Assembly (NCBI GenBank): GCA_052170535.1
Contig: JBQNAH010000006.1
Location: forward strand, 15,027-79,026
Reading direction: 5' to 3'
Source: Campylobacter sp.
GTDB taxonomy: Bacteria; Campylobacterota; Campylobacteria; Campylobacterales; Campylobacteraceae
DNA length: 64,000 nt
Numbering within the stretch: the stretch's first letter is position 1; each line of letters begins with the position of its first letter. The notes under the pieces were generated by a model that saw nothing but the letters and a program-made list of their open reading frames with translations, was not told where the DNA came from and searched no databases. Below are positions 21,478 to 32,760 of the stretch, piece by piece. The translations under genes and the position numbers were made by a program.

Positions 21478-22551
21478 TCACTCCCCTGCTACGTAACTAC
21501 CAAGCCAAGTTATCTCACTTCCACAAGCAGTCGCTTTTGCGATGGCTCTTTGGACATTTTCATCATCAATATGCCCTTGAAAATCTATATAAAAAACGGT
21601 GGTAAAATCCCTTTGCTTCATAGGACGATTGTCTAGTTTGGTTAAATTTATACCCTCATCTCTAAAAATCCCAAGCAAATCAGCAAGTGCACCAGGACGA
21701 TGGTCCGTCTTAGCCAAAATAGACGTTTTGTTATTTATGCTTTGAGCGTTTTTAAAATCGCTCAAAATAAAAAATCTCGTTCGATTCGCCATATTATCTT
21801 CAATCGTTTCAAATAAAATGGGAACGTTATAAAGTTTGGCGGCTATTTTAGAGCAAATAGCAGCAGAATTTGGCTCGATACTTGCAAATTTAGCCGCTTG
21901 AGCTGTCGATTTAGTTGGAATAAATTCTGCTACACTTAGCAAATGATCCTCTAAAAATTTGCGGCACTGATTATATCCTTGCGGATGGGAGTAAATTTTT
22001 TGAATATTTTTTAAATTTTCCTGATTGCTCGCAAAACTATGATGAATATCGATAAAAAGCTCTGCTACAATGCGGACATCATCAAATCTAGCCAAACAAT
22101 CAAGCGTAACACCAACAGCTCCTTCGGTGTTATTTTCTATCGGCACAACACCGTATTTAGCTTCTTTGTGTTTTAATTTAGTAAAAACAGACTCTATCGT
22201 AGCAAGCGGTAAATACGAACTCATAGCGCCAAAACGGCTCTCTGCGGCTTGATGAGTGTAAGTACCCTCTGGCCCCAGATAAGCTACGATCTGAGGCATT
22301 TCAAGATTACGACTGACGGCAAAAATTTCCAGATAAATCGCCTCAATCGCGGCTTTATTTAAATACGGCGATTTTAGATTTTCTAGCCGGTTTAAAATCG
22401 CTCGTTCGCGTTCTGGACGATAAATAGAATTGCCGCTTGTCTGTTTCAATTCGCCAATTTTTTTTACAAATTCCATTCTATCGTTTAGTTTTTTTAATAT
22501 TTCATCATCGATTTTATCAATACTGGCTCTTAGATCATCGATGTTTAGCAT
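21478..22551 (-). CDS. pheA: Chorismate mutase/prephenate dehydratase
   Basis: LRASID.IDD, YRPERE, YLGPEGT, PIEN, NRTRF; ATG at 22551. Confidence 0.95.
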   Translation of the reverse strand: MLNIDDLRASIDKIDDEILKKLNDRMEFVKKIGELKQTSGNSIYRPERERAILNRLENLKSPYLNKAAIEAIYLEIFAVSRNLEMPQIVAYLGPEGTYTHQAAESRFGAMSSYLPLATIESVFTKLKHKEAKYGVVPIENNTEGAVGVTLDCLARFDDVRIVAELFIDIHHSFASNQENLKNIQKIYSHPQGYNQCRKFLEDHLLSVAEFIPTKSTAQAAKFASIEPNSAAICSKIAAKLYNVPILFETIEDNMANRTRFFILSDFKNAQSINNKTSILAKTDHRPGALADLLGIFRDEGINLTKLDNRPMKQRDFTTVFYIDFQGHIDDENVQRAIAKATACGSEITWLGSYVAGE

Positions 22552-23768
22552 TTCTCGCCCTTGTTTAAAAACTCGCATTCAAGTGCTATAACATCCTCAA
22601 ATTTCTCCCTTCGCCTTATCAAAAAATCTTGCCCTTGTTTTAGTGCGATTTCAGCTACTCTTGGACGGGTGTTGTAGTTACTACTCATCGCAAATCCATA
22701 CGCTCCGGCTGATTTGACAACTAGCAAATCGCCGCTTTTTAATGGTGGCAAATTTACATCTTTGCCCAAAAAATCGCCACTTTCACAAACAGGTCCAACG
22801 ACATCACAAGGAGAAATTTCATCACAAGGCTCGTTTGTAACGGCAAAAATTTGGTGTTTAGCTTGATAAAGGCTCGGGCGTATAAGGTCGTTCATCGCGC
22901 CATCAACGATAACGAAGCGTTTATTTTTGTTAAATTTTTGATACAAAACGCTTGTTAAAAAATATCCGCAATTACCAACGATAAAGCGCCCTGGCTCACA
23001 TACAACAGTAACATCAAGACCGCTTAAATTTGACAAAATTCCCTGCGCGTAATCGTATAAATTCGGTTCGTTTTCATCGCCATAAACGATACCAAGTCCT
23101 CCACCAACATCGAAAAATTTAATATCTATTTTAGCTGCTTGCAACTCACGAAGTAGGTTCGATACGATTTTGGCAGCGTCTATTATGGGAGAAATGTCTG
23201 TTAGTTGAGAGCCGACGTGACTGTGAATTCCAATCGGCTGTAAAAAGTCCGAATTTGCCGCATAAAGATACATTTTACGCGCGGTTTGTATATCAACACC
23301 AAATTTATTTTCATTTAATCCAGTTGAAATATAAGGATGGGTTTTTGCATCTACGTCTGGATTTACGCGGATTGAAATTCTAGCTTTTTTGCCAAGTTTT
23401 TGAGCCACGCTCTCTAAGCGATACATCTCAGCTTCGCTTTCTAAATTTATCATCAAAATTTCATTTTCCAAAGCAAAAATCAGCTCGTCATCTCGTTTGC
23501 CAACCCCGCTAAAAATGACCTGATAACTCTTTGCTCCAGCTAGCAAAGCTCGTTTTATCTCACCAACACTCACGCAATCAAATCCAGCGCCAAGACTAGC
23601 CAAAAACTGCAAAAGGCTTAAATTTGAATTTGCCTTAACGGCGTAACAAATCATGGATTTTCTCGCATTAAATACATCTTTTATAGCTTTATAACGCGAA
23701 GAAATATGGTTAAAATCATAAACGTAAAGGGGTGTGCCATATTTTTTAGCCAGATTTACAAAATCCAT
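22545..23768 (-). CDS. lysA: Diaminopimelate decarboxylase
   Basis: YAVKANS, HVGSQ, DVGGG, EPGR, GPVCESGD, GAYG..MSSNYN. Confidence 0.97.
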   Translation of the reverse strand: MDFVNLAKKYGTPLYVYDFNHISSRYKAIKDVFNARKSMICYAVKANSNLSLLQFLASLGAGFDCVSVGEIKRALLAGAKSYQVIFSGVGKRDDELIFALENEILMINLESEAEMYRLESVAQKLGKKARISIRVNPDVDAKTHPYISTGLNENKFGVDIQTARKMYLYAANSDFLQPIGIHSHVGSQLTDISPIIDAAKIVSNLLRELQAAKIDIKFFDVGGGLGIVYGDENEPNLYDYAQGILSNLSGLDVTVVCEPGRFIVGNCGYFLTSVLYQKFNKNKRFVIVDGAMNDLIRPSLYQAKHQIFAVTNEPCDEISPCDVVGPVCESGDFLGKDVNLPPLKSGDLLVVKSAGAYGFAMSSNYNTRPRVAEIALKQGQDFLIRRREKFEDVIALECEFLNKGEKC

Positions 23769-23823
23769 AATTTACCTTGTTTAAAAATGGTTAGATTTTA
23801 GCTAAAATTTGCCTAAATTTGAC

Positions 23824-24885
23824 TTAACGGTTGCGAAAATATAGATAATTTGCAAAACAAAGAAGCAAAAATATCGGAATTAAGATCGCAATTTCGGGAA
23901 TAATAATGTCGTTTTGCGCAAATCTGATTAGCACAAAAAGCACGCTCCAAACGCAAAGAGATACGATGGTAAAGATAAAACTCGTTAGCGCAAGGCTCAT
24001 AAAACGCCCTGTCATAGGCAAAAAATAATATATTATAAGCACCAAAAGCGGTGCGAAAAACGGAGTAATCGCAAGCGAGTAAAGCGCTGTTTTGGCTGAA
24101 TTTAGCCCAACACCTTCATCTTTAAATGCGAAAATAAAATCAAGCGCGTCTAAAATAGAAACTGCCGAACTACCTACAGCGGCATTTTCTATAACTTTGG
24201 GTTTAAAATTTTCCAAAATCTTTAGCTTCTCAAAATCGCTTTTTTGTAGCCCTTCGCCACCTAATTTTATGCTTTGTGGCAAAACAGTTAAATTTACATC
24301 TTTTATCTCCCAACCACCATTAATAAATTTCGCCTCCGTGCCAAAGCTAGCCGAATTTAGTCCTGAATCATTTATATCAAAAATTCTCACATCGCGTGCC
24401 TCGCCACTAAGCGGATTTAGCTTGCCGATGTAGATAAATTTGCCTTCAAATTTTACAAAAATATCCGAGCTCGTATTTGAAATTTGAGATGTTTTTACCA
24501 GATTGCGACCAAATTCCTGCGAATACGCAAACGGCGTAAAATTTAATCCGATATATACAAGAGTGATTGTCAAAGCTATAAAAAACGGCGGTTTAATAAG
24601 CTCGTTTCTAGTGATACCAAGCGAATATAAACTCACCAATTCGTTGTTTCTAATCATACTAAATTTGCTAAGTATCAACGCAAGAACGAGCGAAAGCGGT
24701 AAAACGTAGCTAACCGCGCCCATAGAGATTAAACCGACATAAATTAATTTTAAATTCGCACTTGTTGGCAAATCCTTAAGATTTGTCAAAATATCAATAC
24801 CAACATAAAACGAAACCAAAGCGAAAAATAAAATAATAAAATATTTAAAATAAAGCCAACCGACATAACGAGCATAAAGATTCAT
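23824..24885 (-). CDS. LptF/LptG family LPS export permease
   Basis: Six-TM layout with periplasmic domain; LPLSL, RNNELV...SLG motif. Confidence 0.85.
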   Translation of the reverse strand: MNLYARYVGWLYFKYFIILFFALVSFYVGIDILTNLKDLPTSANLKLIYVGLISMGAVSYVLPLSLVLALILSKFSMIRNNELVSLYSLGITRNELIKPPFFIALTITLVYIGLNFTPFAYSQEFGRNLVKTSQISNTSSDIFVKFEGKFIYIGKLNPLSGEARDVRIFDINDSGLNSASFGTEAKFINGGWEIKDVNLTVLPQSIKLGGEGLQKSDFEKLKILENFKPKVIENAAVGSSAVSILDALDFIFAFKDEGVGLNSAKTALYSLAITPFFAPLLVLIIYYFLPMTGRFMSLALTSFIFTIVSLCVWSVLFVLIRFAQNDIIIPEIAILIPIFLLLCFANYLYFRNR

Positions 24886-24947
24886 TTTAGCTTAAACCCA
24901 CCTAAAAATTTAAAAAATGTATCAAAAGCGATCTATTTTTAAAATTT

Positions 24948-25508
24948 TTACAAAAACGCCTTTTTTGTTGAATATTTTTGCGAAACAGTTTGAATATCGC
25001 TTTTAATCAGCTCATTTACAGCCTTTAGGCAATAATTTAAAATTTGATCTAATTCCCCAATTTCATCGCCGCAAAATTCACCCAAAACGTGGCTAACAAC
25101 AGCATTTTCACCACTATATTGACTTTTGCCGATACCTATCCTGACACGCTCATAATCAACGCCATTAAGAGTATCTATCGATTTTAAGCCATTATGACCT
25201 CCATTGCCACCACCTTTTTTAAATTTTACCGCACCGAAATTTAAGTCCATATCATCGTGGATAACAACAATGCGACTAGGTTTGTAAAAATCACTAACAA
25301 CCTTTACGCTTTCGCCACTTAAATTCATAAAAGTACTCGGTTTTAGAAGAAGCAAATCGCCATTTTTAAAAAGCTCACCCTTAAATTTTGACGAGCTAAC
25401 ATTTTTAAAATTTGAGTTTAAAAGAAGATCTATCAGCATAAATCCGACATTATGCCTAGTTTTTTGATACTGTGAGCCAGGATTTCCCAGCCCAACTATA
25501 AGTGTCAA
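24948..25508 (-). CDS. pth: Peptidyl-tRNA hydrolase
   Basis: [30 protein letters not shown]. Confidence 0.97.
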   Translation of the reverse strand: MTLIVGLGNPGSQYQKTRHNVGFMLIDLLLNSNFKNVSSSKFKGELFKNGDLLLLKPSTFMNLSGESVKVVSDFYKPSRIVVIHDDMDLNFGAVKFKKGGGNGGHNGLKSIDTLNGVDYERVRIGIGKSQYSGENAVVSHVLGEFCGDEIGELDQILNYCLKAVNELIKSDIQTVSQKYSTKKAFL

Positions 25509-25516
25509 AATTCGCC

Positions 25517-26053
25517 TTATTTAGCTTTTATAACGCCAACAACAGCCACACGATCGGCATCAACCATCGTAATACCAGCTGGCACTTGTATATCGCGAAC
25601 TAGAATTGTATTATCAACATCAAGATTAGTAACATCGATTTCAAACGCATTTGGCAAATTTTCCAATTTGCATTTAACAGCCAAACGTCTTTTTGAAACA
25701 ACCAAAACACCTTTGTTTTTTAAACCTATCGGAGTTCCTACTGGTTTAACAGGGATCATATACCTTGATAAAATTCCAGGCAATGCAACTTTTAAATCAA
25801 CGTGGATAAGCGCACCTGTAACCGGATCTTTTTGGTATTCGACTATAACGACTTTTAGCACCTTGTCGCTAATTTTTATATCAAACGCAAGGGTTTGTTT
25901 TTTGCGGACTTCTTTAATAAAATCATTTACCTTAAATGCCGCTTCAATATTCTCTAATCCCTTACCATAAATATTAGCGATTAGATAACCATCTTGTCTT
26001 AAAGCGCGTGACGCTTTTTTACCAATACTCTCTCTAACGATACCTTCTAACAT
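25517..26053 (-). CDS. rplY: 50S ribosomal protein L25/Ctc
   Basis: GKKAS.ALR.DG...ANIYG, QKDPV....HVD. Confidence 0.95.
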   Translation of the reverse strand: MLEGIVRESIGKKASRALRQDGYLIANIYGKGLENIEAAFKVNDFIKEVRKKQTLAFDIKISDKVLKVVIVEYQKDPVTGALIHVDLKVALPGILSRYMIPVKPVGTPIGLKNKGVLVVSKRRLAVKCKLENLPNAFEIDVTNLDVDNTILVRDIQVPAGITMVDADRVAVVGVIKAK

Positions 26054-26111
26054 CGTTTTCCTTTCTTAAAAAATAAGAGCCGATGATAGCTAAAAAAATA
26101 TAAATTTACGG

Positions 26112-27293
26112 TTAAATTTCATCTTTAAGCTGTTCTATAAGCTCCAAATCGTCATTTGAACCACCAATATCACTTTTTAGCGAATTTGCGCTATTGATTT
26201 TATTCTCTAATGTTTTTAGATTGCACGAGTTGTTTAATGCCTCTTTTTCGTCTATAATGCCTTGCAAATACATATCAAAAAGGTGCTGGTCAAACGTTTG
26301 CATACCGTAAGTATCCCTACCAGCGTCAATGGTCGCATAAATTTCGTCCGCTTCGCCTCTTATGATAGCTTCTCTCATTATTGGGGTATTAATCAAAATC
26401 GAAGTAGCCGTTCTTCTAGTGCTATCAAGGGCTTTGACGACCTTTTGAGCCATTATGACCTGGATATTATTAGCTAATACAACTCTGGCTTGCTTTCTCT
26501 CCTCGATAGGGAAAAGTTCGGTTAAAAATTTAAGCACCTCTATCATATTTGCAAAATTTAAAACGCCAATCACAAGCAATCCGTTTTGAGACGCCAAAAT
26601 GCAAGCCCTAATAGTATCTAAATCCCTAATTTCACCCACATAAATAACATTAGGATCTTCTCTTAAAGCATCGCGGATAGCGCAACCAAAACTTAACGCG
26701 TCTTGTCCGATCGCACGCTGAGAAACGATACTTTTATTATCCAAATGAATAAATTCTATCGGATCTTCAATTGTGATAATATGCTGCTTTTTAGTTGAAT
26801 TTATGCGCTCTAACATACTAGCAACAGTCGTGCTTTTGCCACTTCCAGGAAGTCCTGTGATAAAAACCAAGCCTTTACTAATAGTGTCGCAAATTTTCTC
26901 AACAACAGGAGGTAAAAATCTCTCTTGTAGTGTCGGAATTTTGCTAGGAATGAGCCTAAACACGACAGAAACACCTTCGAGCTGAAAAAATATATTGACC
27001 CTAAATCTGCTTCCGTCATTAAGCCTGTGCGTAAAATCAACACTTTTTCGCTCCACTAACTCATAAAATCTCGTTCTAAGTAGCTCTTTGGCTAAAATTA
27101 TCCCATCTTGCTGTGTTAAAATTTCATCGCTAAATTTCTTAATTTCTTGACCGATCCTAGCGTAAATAAAACTACCTGATTTGATATGCAAGCTAGTTCC
27201 ACCAAGCTCAATGAGCCTAAAAAGATGCTCATTTACTCTATTTCGCCTTACAAAATCTAGCTCAGAAACATCGACTTTGAAATTTTGCTCCAC
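26112..27293 (-). CDS. PilT/PilU-family ATPase with degenerate His box
   Basis: RFRVN.F, Walker A GLPGSGKST, TIEDPIEF, ALREDP..IYVGEIRD, GMQTFDQHL. Confidence 0.85.
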   Translation of the reverse strand: MEQNFKVDVSELDFVRRNRVNEHLFRLIELGGTSLHIKSGSFIYARIGQEIKKFSDEILTQQDGIILAKELLRTRFYELVERKSVDFTHRLNDGSRFRVNIFFQLEGVSVVFRLIPSKIPTLQERFLPPVVEKICDTISKGLVFITGLPGSGKSTTVASMLERINSTKKQHIITIEDPIEFIHLDNKSIVSQRAIGQDALSFGCAIRDALREDPNVIYVGEIRDLDTIRACILASQNGLLVIGVLNFANMIEVLKFLTELFPIEERKQARVVLANNIQVIMAQKVVKALDSTRRTATSILINTPIMREAIIRGEADEIYATIDAGRDTYGMQTFDQHLFDMYLQGIIDEKEALNNSCNLKTLENKINSANSLKSDIGGSNDDLELIEQLKDEI

Positions 27294-27302
27294 ATTACGA
27301 CC

Positions 27303-28301
27303 TTATTTCAAGTTTTTCATAATATCCTCAAATGCAACAACAAACTGCCTTAATCCATCATTTAAAAGATCTTTATAAACCTTTTCCATATCGATTTTCG
27401 CCCTTGCTATAACTTCGAAAAATTTCTCGATACTATCATCGGTCGCAATTTCTTTTTCTTGCGATTTAGTTTGGATAAACGCCTCAATAGTTTCCAAAGG
27501 AGCAGTATTTATACAGTTTTTAAATAGCAACTCTTTTATGTAATAATCTTTTGGCAAATCATCGCCCTTAACGCCTGTGCTAGCAAAAAGAGCTCGGACA
27601 TTTGAAAGCCCTTTGGCTTGAATTATTTTGTAAATTTTAGTCGCATTCATTATGCCAATTTGCCCTGTTGGGAGAGAATTTTGTCGCATAATATCGTCTA
27701 AAAATCTATCAAAACGGCTTACAAATACGCTTATAACACCTTTTGGAAGTCTTGTGTTTGGAAATCTTTTTTTGTAAATTTCGCTTCCAGTTTCAAACGC
27801 TTCAAGACAACCCTTAGCCTGCTCAGCAGAAAATATCAAAGTTGCATTTACGTTAATACCCTTTGACATCAGCACAGACATAGCTTCAAAACCACTTTTT
27901 GTAGCTGGAATTTTAATCATCACATTTGGCATCGCAATCGTGTTAAAAAGCCTAACACCTTCATCTATCGTCGCTGATGTGTTATCACAAAAATTCGGAT
28001 CAACCTCGATGCTAACAAAGCCATCATTATCATCAGTATAGTTTTGAAGCATCTTGTCAGCAGCGACTTTAATATCTTGCGTAGCTAAAAGCTCGTAAAT
28101 CTCTTTTGCGCCTTTGCGTGAATTTTCGGCAATAACGCTTTTGTAAGCATTTGAAGTTGAAAATGCAGATTTGAAAATCGCAGGATTTGATGTTGCGCCA
28201 TTTATGATATTTTTATGGATTAAAGTTTGAAATTTACCATCTAAAAAATCGCGCTCAATAAAATCACACCATAATGAAAATTTAATATTTTCGTTAAACA
28301 T
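27303..28301 (-). CDS. tal: Transaldolase
   Basis: LWCD, GATSNPAIF, VSIEVDP, MIKIPAT, NATLIFS, SVFVSR.D, ASTG.K. Confidence 0.95.
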   Translation of the reverse strand: MFNENIKFSLWCDFIERDFLDGKFQTLIHKNIINGATSNPAIFKSAFSTSNAYKSVIAENSRKGAKEIYELLATQDIKVAADKMLQNYTDDNDGFVSIEVDPNFCDNTSATIDEGVRLFNTIAMPNVMIKIPATKSGFEAMSVLMSKGINVNATLIFSAEQAKGCLEAFETGSEIYKKRFPNTRLPKGVISVFVSRFDRFLDDIMRQNSLPTGQIGIMNATKIYKIIQAKGLSNVRALFASTGVKGDDLPKDYYIKELLFKNCINTAPLETIEAFIQTKSQEKEIATDDSIEKFFEVIARAKIDMEKVYKDLLNDGLRQFVVAFEDIMKNLK

Positions 28302-28312
28302 ACGTAACCTTT

Positions 28313-28936
28313 TTATACTATTGTTATAATTTCTCGTAGATCTTTTTTGTCAATGCAGTGCGTTGCTTGGGCTTTTAAAATTTCCTTAGCGCAAAACGCA
28401 ACTCTTAATTTAGAATAAGCAAACATAGATAAATCATTTGCCCCATCACCAACACTCATAGTTTCTTCGGGCAAAATTTTTAAAAGCCTTTGCAAATTTA
28501 AAAGCATATCGCCTTTTGAATGAGAAAACATCATCTCTCCGCCTACAAGTCCAGTTAGGACGCCATCTTTATGATGTAAAATATTTGCAAAAGAAGCGTC
28601 AAATTTTAGTATATTTTGAGCCTTATCGGTAGCCAAATGAAAACCGCCACTAAAAACGACTACCTTAATGCCTTTATTTTTTAAGTGAGATATAAGCTCA
28701 ATAGCTCCGTTCATAAGCGGTAAATTTAGGCAAACTTCATCGGCTTTTGAAAGAGAAAGTCCTCTTAGTAAAGATGCTCTTTTTGTTAAGCTCTCAAAAA
28801 AATCAAGCTTACCACTCATAGACAATCTCGTAATCTCGCTAACTTTCTCGCCAACACCATTAGCATCGGCAAGAAAATTTATCGTTTCTCCGTCCATTAA
28901 CGTAGAATCAAAATCAAAAACGCAAAGTTTTATCAA
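28313..28936 (-). CDS. serB: Phosphoserine phosphatase
   Basis: FDFDSTL, SGGF, GDGANDLSM (HAD motifs). Confidence 0.95.
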   Translation of the reverse strand: MIKLCVFDFDSTLMDGETINFLADANGVGEKVSEITRLSMSGKLDFFESLTKRASLLRGLSLSKADEVCLNLPLMNGAIELISHLKNKGIKVVVFSGGFHLATDKAQNILKFDASFANILHHKDGVLTGLVGGEMMFSHSKGDMLLNLQRLLKILPEETMSVGDGANDLSMFAYSKLRVAFCAKEILKAQATHCIDKKDLREIITIV

Positions 28937-28945
28937 AATTTAACC

Positions 28946-29443
28946 TCAAAAATCGCGTTTTAAAAGACTCTCGACTTTTAATATAGTAAGGATATTTTGA
29001 TCGCGCTTACCGATGCCATAAATCATGCCCTTGTCTTTTAACAAAGTCTCAGGTGGCGCATCAATCCTACTTTTTTTAATCCTGATAGCCTCGGTTAATC
29101 TATCTATAACAAAACCAGCAACATTTTCTTCGTCTTTTAAAACGATATATCTCGTGCTGGCATTTTGTTTAGTCGATGCTAATGAAAATCTTTTTCTTAA
29201 ATCTATCAAAGGTATAACGCTACCTCGTAGATTAAACACACCCAAAACATAATCTGGAACACTAGGAACTCTCGTAAATTCTATCGGTTTGATGATTTCC
29301 TTGATGTTAAGAATAGGTATAGCATATTCTTCTTCACCAACTATAAATCCAACTAATTGGATAATCTCATCTCCATCTTTTTCTTCTGCAGTTGCGACTT
29401 GTTTCTTTTGTCTTTTTAGAACCTGATTTAGCTTTTCATTCAT
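28946..29443 (-). CDS. cheW: Chemotaxis coupling protein CheW
   Basis: IKEII, TRVP..PDYVLGVFNLRG..IPLIDL. Confidence 0.95.
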   Translation of the reverse strand: MNEKLNQVLKRQKKQVATAEEKDGDEIIQLVGFIVGEEEYAIPILNIKEIIKPIEFTRVPSVPDYVLGVFNLRGSVIPLIDLRKRFSLASTKQNASTRYIVLKDEENVAGFVIDRLTEAIRIKKSRIDAPPETLLKDKGMIYGIGKRDQNILTILKVESLLKRDF

Positions 29444-29454
29444 GTTCTATCCTA

Positions 29455-31797
29455 TTAATTTAATTTTATATTTTTTCTAACAACATTCTCAAGATATTCT
29501 GACGAGTATGGTTTAGTAATATACTCAGTCATTCCTACCTCAACACCTCTTAGTCTGTCAGTCTTTGATGTCCTTGATGTTACGGCAATTAGCGGTAAAT
29601 TTCTATATTTTGAATATTTACGAATTTCACCAGCCAATGTGTATCCGTCCATTCTAGGCATTTCAATATCAATTAATATCGCATCAAGGGCGTGCTCGCC
29701 AGATTTAACTATGCTAAGAGCTTCAACACCGTTGGTGGCTTCTATAATTGTAACCCCGATTGGTTCAAGCGATTTTTGCATAATAGTCCTATCCATTTTT
29801 GAATCATCAACTATCAAAACCTTATAATCGCTCGGTTTTTCTTTAACCCTGCCTGCATTTGCAGCTTCCATGCTGGCTTTTATATCGACTTTTATATCTT
29901 TTGCCATACTCATCATCGCGCCAACATCTACAATTAAGGTTACACGACCGTCGCCACGAATAGTCGCACCAGCTATACCAGGTATGTTTTGTAGATAATC
30001 ACCCATTGATTTGATAACAACCTCTTCTTGTCCGACTAGGTTATCAACTATAATGCCAAGTTTTGACTCAGCAACACCAATAACTACAACATAAGTCTGA
30101 TCCGTTCCTTCAAACACCTGTTTAACGCCAAAAATGTCAGAAAGTTTAACAAGAGAAAGAACCTCATCGCGTAACCTAAGAACGTTTTTGCCATCAATTG
30201 TATAAATATCATCAATTGGAACGCGCACCGTTTCAAGCACGCTCGCGAGTGGAATAGCAAAGAATTCTTCCTGTGCACCAACCAAAAGTGACTGCATAAT
30301 AGCAAGAGTGAGAGGAATTTTAAGCTTCATTGTAGTTCCTTTTCCAAGCTCACTCTCAATATCAATTATGCCATTTAATTTTTCGATATTTGTCTTAACG
30401 ACGTCCATTCCAACGCCACGACCACTTACATTTGTAACCTTCGCCGCAGTAGAAAATCCTGGTTTAAATATAAGACCAAAGGCTTCTTTATTACTCATAG
30501 CATCAGCTTCACGCTCTGTAATAATGCCTTTTTCTATCGATTTAACTTTTAGCATATCAGCATCAAGCCCCTTACCGTCATCTGTGATCTCAATAACAAT
30601 ATGGTTGCCTTCGTTGTATGCTTTCAGCTGTATAGTTCCTTTTTCAGGCTTTCCAGCAGCAACTCTGATAGAGCTTTCTTCAATACCATGATCGCAAGAA
30701 TTTCTAATCATATGCACGAGCGGATCGCCAATTCGCTCAACTATTGATTTATCTAGCTCTGTTTCCTCTCCGGTAATTTCAAGATCTATTTGTTTATTTA
30801 GCTCACGGCTCAAATCGCGAATCATACGCGGGAATTTGTTAAACACTTTCGCAATCGGAAGCATACGAGTTTTCATAACAGCAAGCTGAATATCAGTAGT
30901 AACCAAGCTCAAACTAGAAACAACTTGATTTAACTCTTCTAAGAATTTCTCGCCCTCGTAACGCTCCTCAACATCGTCGTAAATTTTAAGCAAGCGGTTT
31001 TTACCAAGCACAAGCTCGCCGATCAAATTCATCAAGTGATCAAGCCTTTTAACTTCAACGCGAATTGTTTGCTCGTCCGCACTTGTGCTACTTGACGTGG
31101 TCGGAACCTTCTTCTCTTCGTCTTTTTTTGCAGCAGGTTTTGGTGTGGCAGGAGCTGGTGTCGGAGTTGCTGGCGTAGCAGGTTTTGGTGCATCTGATGC
31201 CGAATTATTTGCTTTTTGAGCTCGTCTTGCCTGATCTTCGGCCTTTCTAACTTTAAGCAACCTTTCTATCTCAGCCTCAACTTCGTCATCGCTTAAATTC
31301 GATAGTTGCTCATCGCTAACTGGCTCTGGTTCCACAACAGGAGCTGGTGTCGGCTCAGGCTCAGGCACAGCAGGTGGAGTCGGTGCTGATTGTGTAGCTG
31401 GCGCTTCACCCTCGGAAATAGCGGTTAGCCTTTGGCAAATTTCATCTATTTGTATGCCTACATCTGTATCGTTGCCATGATCTCTTATGCCGTGTAATAG
31501 CCCCTTCATCATATCGATGGATTCCAAAACGACGTCCATAATGTCAGGAGTTATTTTAAGCTCATCTTTTCTAGCCTTATTTAAAACATCTTCCATATGG
31601 TGAGTAAGCCTTGTCAAGATGTCAAAATTTAAGAAGCTAGATGAACCTTTTACGGTATGGGCAACGCGGAAAATTCTATTTAAAAGCTCCAAATCCTCCG
31701 GATTTGATTCAAGCTCAACCAAATCGTGATCTATCTGCTCTATAAGTTCAAAGGCTTCTACAAGGAAGTCTTCCATTATTTCTTTCATATCTTCCAT
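29455..31797 (-). CDS. cheA: Chemotaxis histidine kinase CheA with C-terminal receiver (CheAY)
   Basis: IFRVAHTVKG Hpt, HMIRNSCDHGIE, SGRGVGMDVV, CheW domain, receiver DIEMPRMDG. Confidence 0.97.
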   Translation of the reverse strand: MEDMKEIMEDFLVEAFELIEQIDHDLVELESNPEDLELLNRIFRVAHTVKGSSSFLNFDILTRLTHHMEDVLNKARKDELKITPDIMDVVLESIDMMKGLLHGIRDHGNDTDVGIQIDEICQRLTAISEGEAPATQSAPTPPAVPEPEPTPAPVVEPEPVSDEQLSNLSDDEVEAEIERLLKVRKAEDQARRAQKANNSASDAPKPATPATPTPAPATPKPAAKKDEEKKVPTTSSSTSADEQTIRVEVKRLDHLMNLIGELVLGKNRLLKIYDDVEERYEGEKFLEELNQVVSSLSLVTTDIQLAVMKTRMLPIAKVFNKFPRMIRDLSRELNKQIDLEITGEETELDKSIVERIGDPLVHMIRNSCDHGIEESSIRVAAGKPEKGTIQLKAYNEGNHIVIEITDDGKGLDADMLKVKSIEKGIITEREADAMSNKEAFGLIFKPGFSTAAKVTNVSGRGVGMDVVKTNIEKLNGIIDIESELGKGTTMKLKIPLTLAIMQSLLVGAQEEFFAIPLASVLETVRVPIDDIYTIDGKNVLRLRDEVLSLVKLSDIFGVKQVFEGTDQTYVVVIGVAESKLGIIVDNLVGQEEVVIKSMGDYLQNIPGIAGATIRGDGRVTLIVDVGAMMSMAKDIKVDIKASMEAANAGRVKEKPSDYKVLIVDDSKMDRTIMQKSLEPIGVTIIEATNGVEALSIVKSGEHALDAILIDIEMPRMDGYTLAGEIRKYSKYRNLPLIAVTSRTSKTDRLRGVEVGMTEYITKPYSSEYLENVVRKNIKLN

Positions 31798-31806
31798 ATT
31801 TTACCC

Positions 31807-32760
31807 CTATTTCGCAGATTTGTTTTGTGCTTCAATCACGCGAAGCACCTCGTTGTAGAATAAAGTCGCGTCAAATTTCGTAAGATACGCGGCTGCACCA
31901 GCTTCTTTGCTTTGCATTTCGCTATAATCGTTACTTAGCGACGAATTGAAAATTATAGGAATTCCAGCGTATTTCGGATCGTCCTTTAAATGCGCGGCAA
32001 AGCGGTAACCATCCATTTGCGGCATTTCAATATCGCTTAAAATAACCCTTAAAAATTGATTTAACCTATCGCCATACATATCGTAAAGATCTTGCATTTT
32101 AGCAAGTCCTTCAACTCCGTCTTTGGCTTCAACAACCTTTAAGCCCATTTTCTCAAGCGTATCTTTGACTAATTTTCTAGCAGTCGAGCTATCATCTAAA
32201 ACAAGCGCCAAACCGCTTAACATCTTACTTTCATCTATATCAACTTCTATTTTTGGACTGTAAATTCCAAGCTCTTCAACAACGCTTTCAAGATCAAGTA
32301 TCAAAAGCACTTCATCGTTTTCTATACGAGTTACACCAGTAATCTTGCCTTTATCAAGCGTGCCAGAACTTGCACTAAAAGTAGCCGCTTCTATGTCAGC
32401 CCAGCTTATGCGACGAATTCTTTTGGCTTCATGGACTATAAAACCTATCAAAATCTCGCTAAATTCTGCTATTATAACGCGCGGTTTTAAAAGAGCGGAA
32501 CTAGGCTCTTCTATTTGCATCCACTTAGCTAAATTAATAACCGGAATGACAACGCCACGAAGATCGAAAATTCCCTCGATATACTCGGGAACACCTGGAA
32601 GCTCGGTTAAATTTGGCATTTTGATGATCTCGCGCACCTTTGCGACATTGACGCCGTATATGCCTTCATATACCTTATCGCCAGTCTTTTTCAAGATACG
32701 AAAATCAACAAGTTCCATCTCGTTTGAACCGGTTTTCAATACATCTCCTCCATCAAACAT
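31807..32760 (-). CDS. cheV: Chemotaxis protein CheV
   Basis: CheW domain (YGVNVAKVREI) plus receiver (DDS, SDIEMPQMDG). Confidence 0.95.
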   Translation of the reverse strand: MFDGGDVLKTGSNEMELVDFRILKKTGDKVYEGIYGVNVAKVREIIKMPNLTELPGVPEYIEGIFDLRGVVIPVINLAKWMQIEEPSSALLKPRVIIAEFSEILIGFIVHEAKRIRRISWADIEAATFSASSGTLDKGKITGVTRIENDEVLLILDLESVVEELGIYSPKIEVDIDESKMLSGLALVLDDSSTARKLVKDTLEKMGLKVVEAKDGVEGLAKMQDLYDMYGDRLNQFLRVILSDIEMPQMDGYRFAAHLKDDPKYAGIPIIFNSSLSNDYSEMQSKEAGAAAYLTKFDATLFYNEVLRVIEAQNKSAK

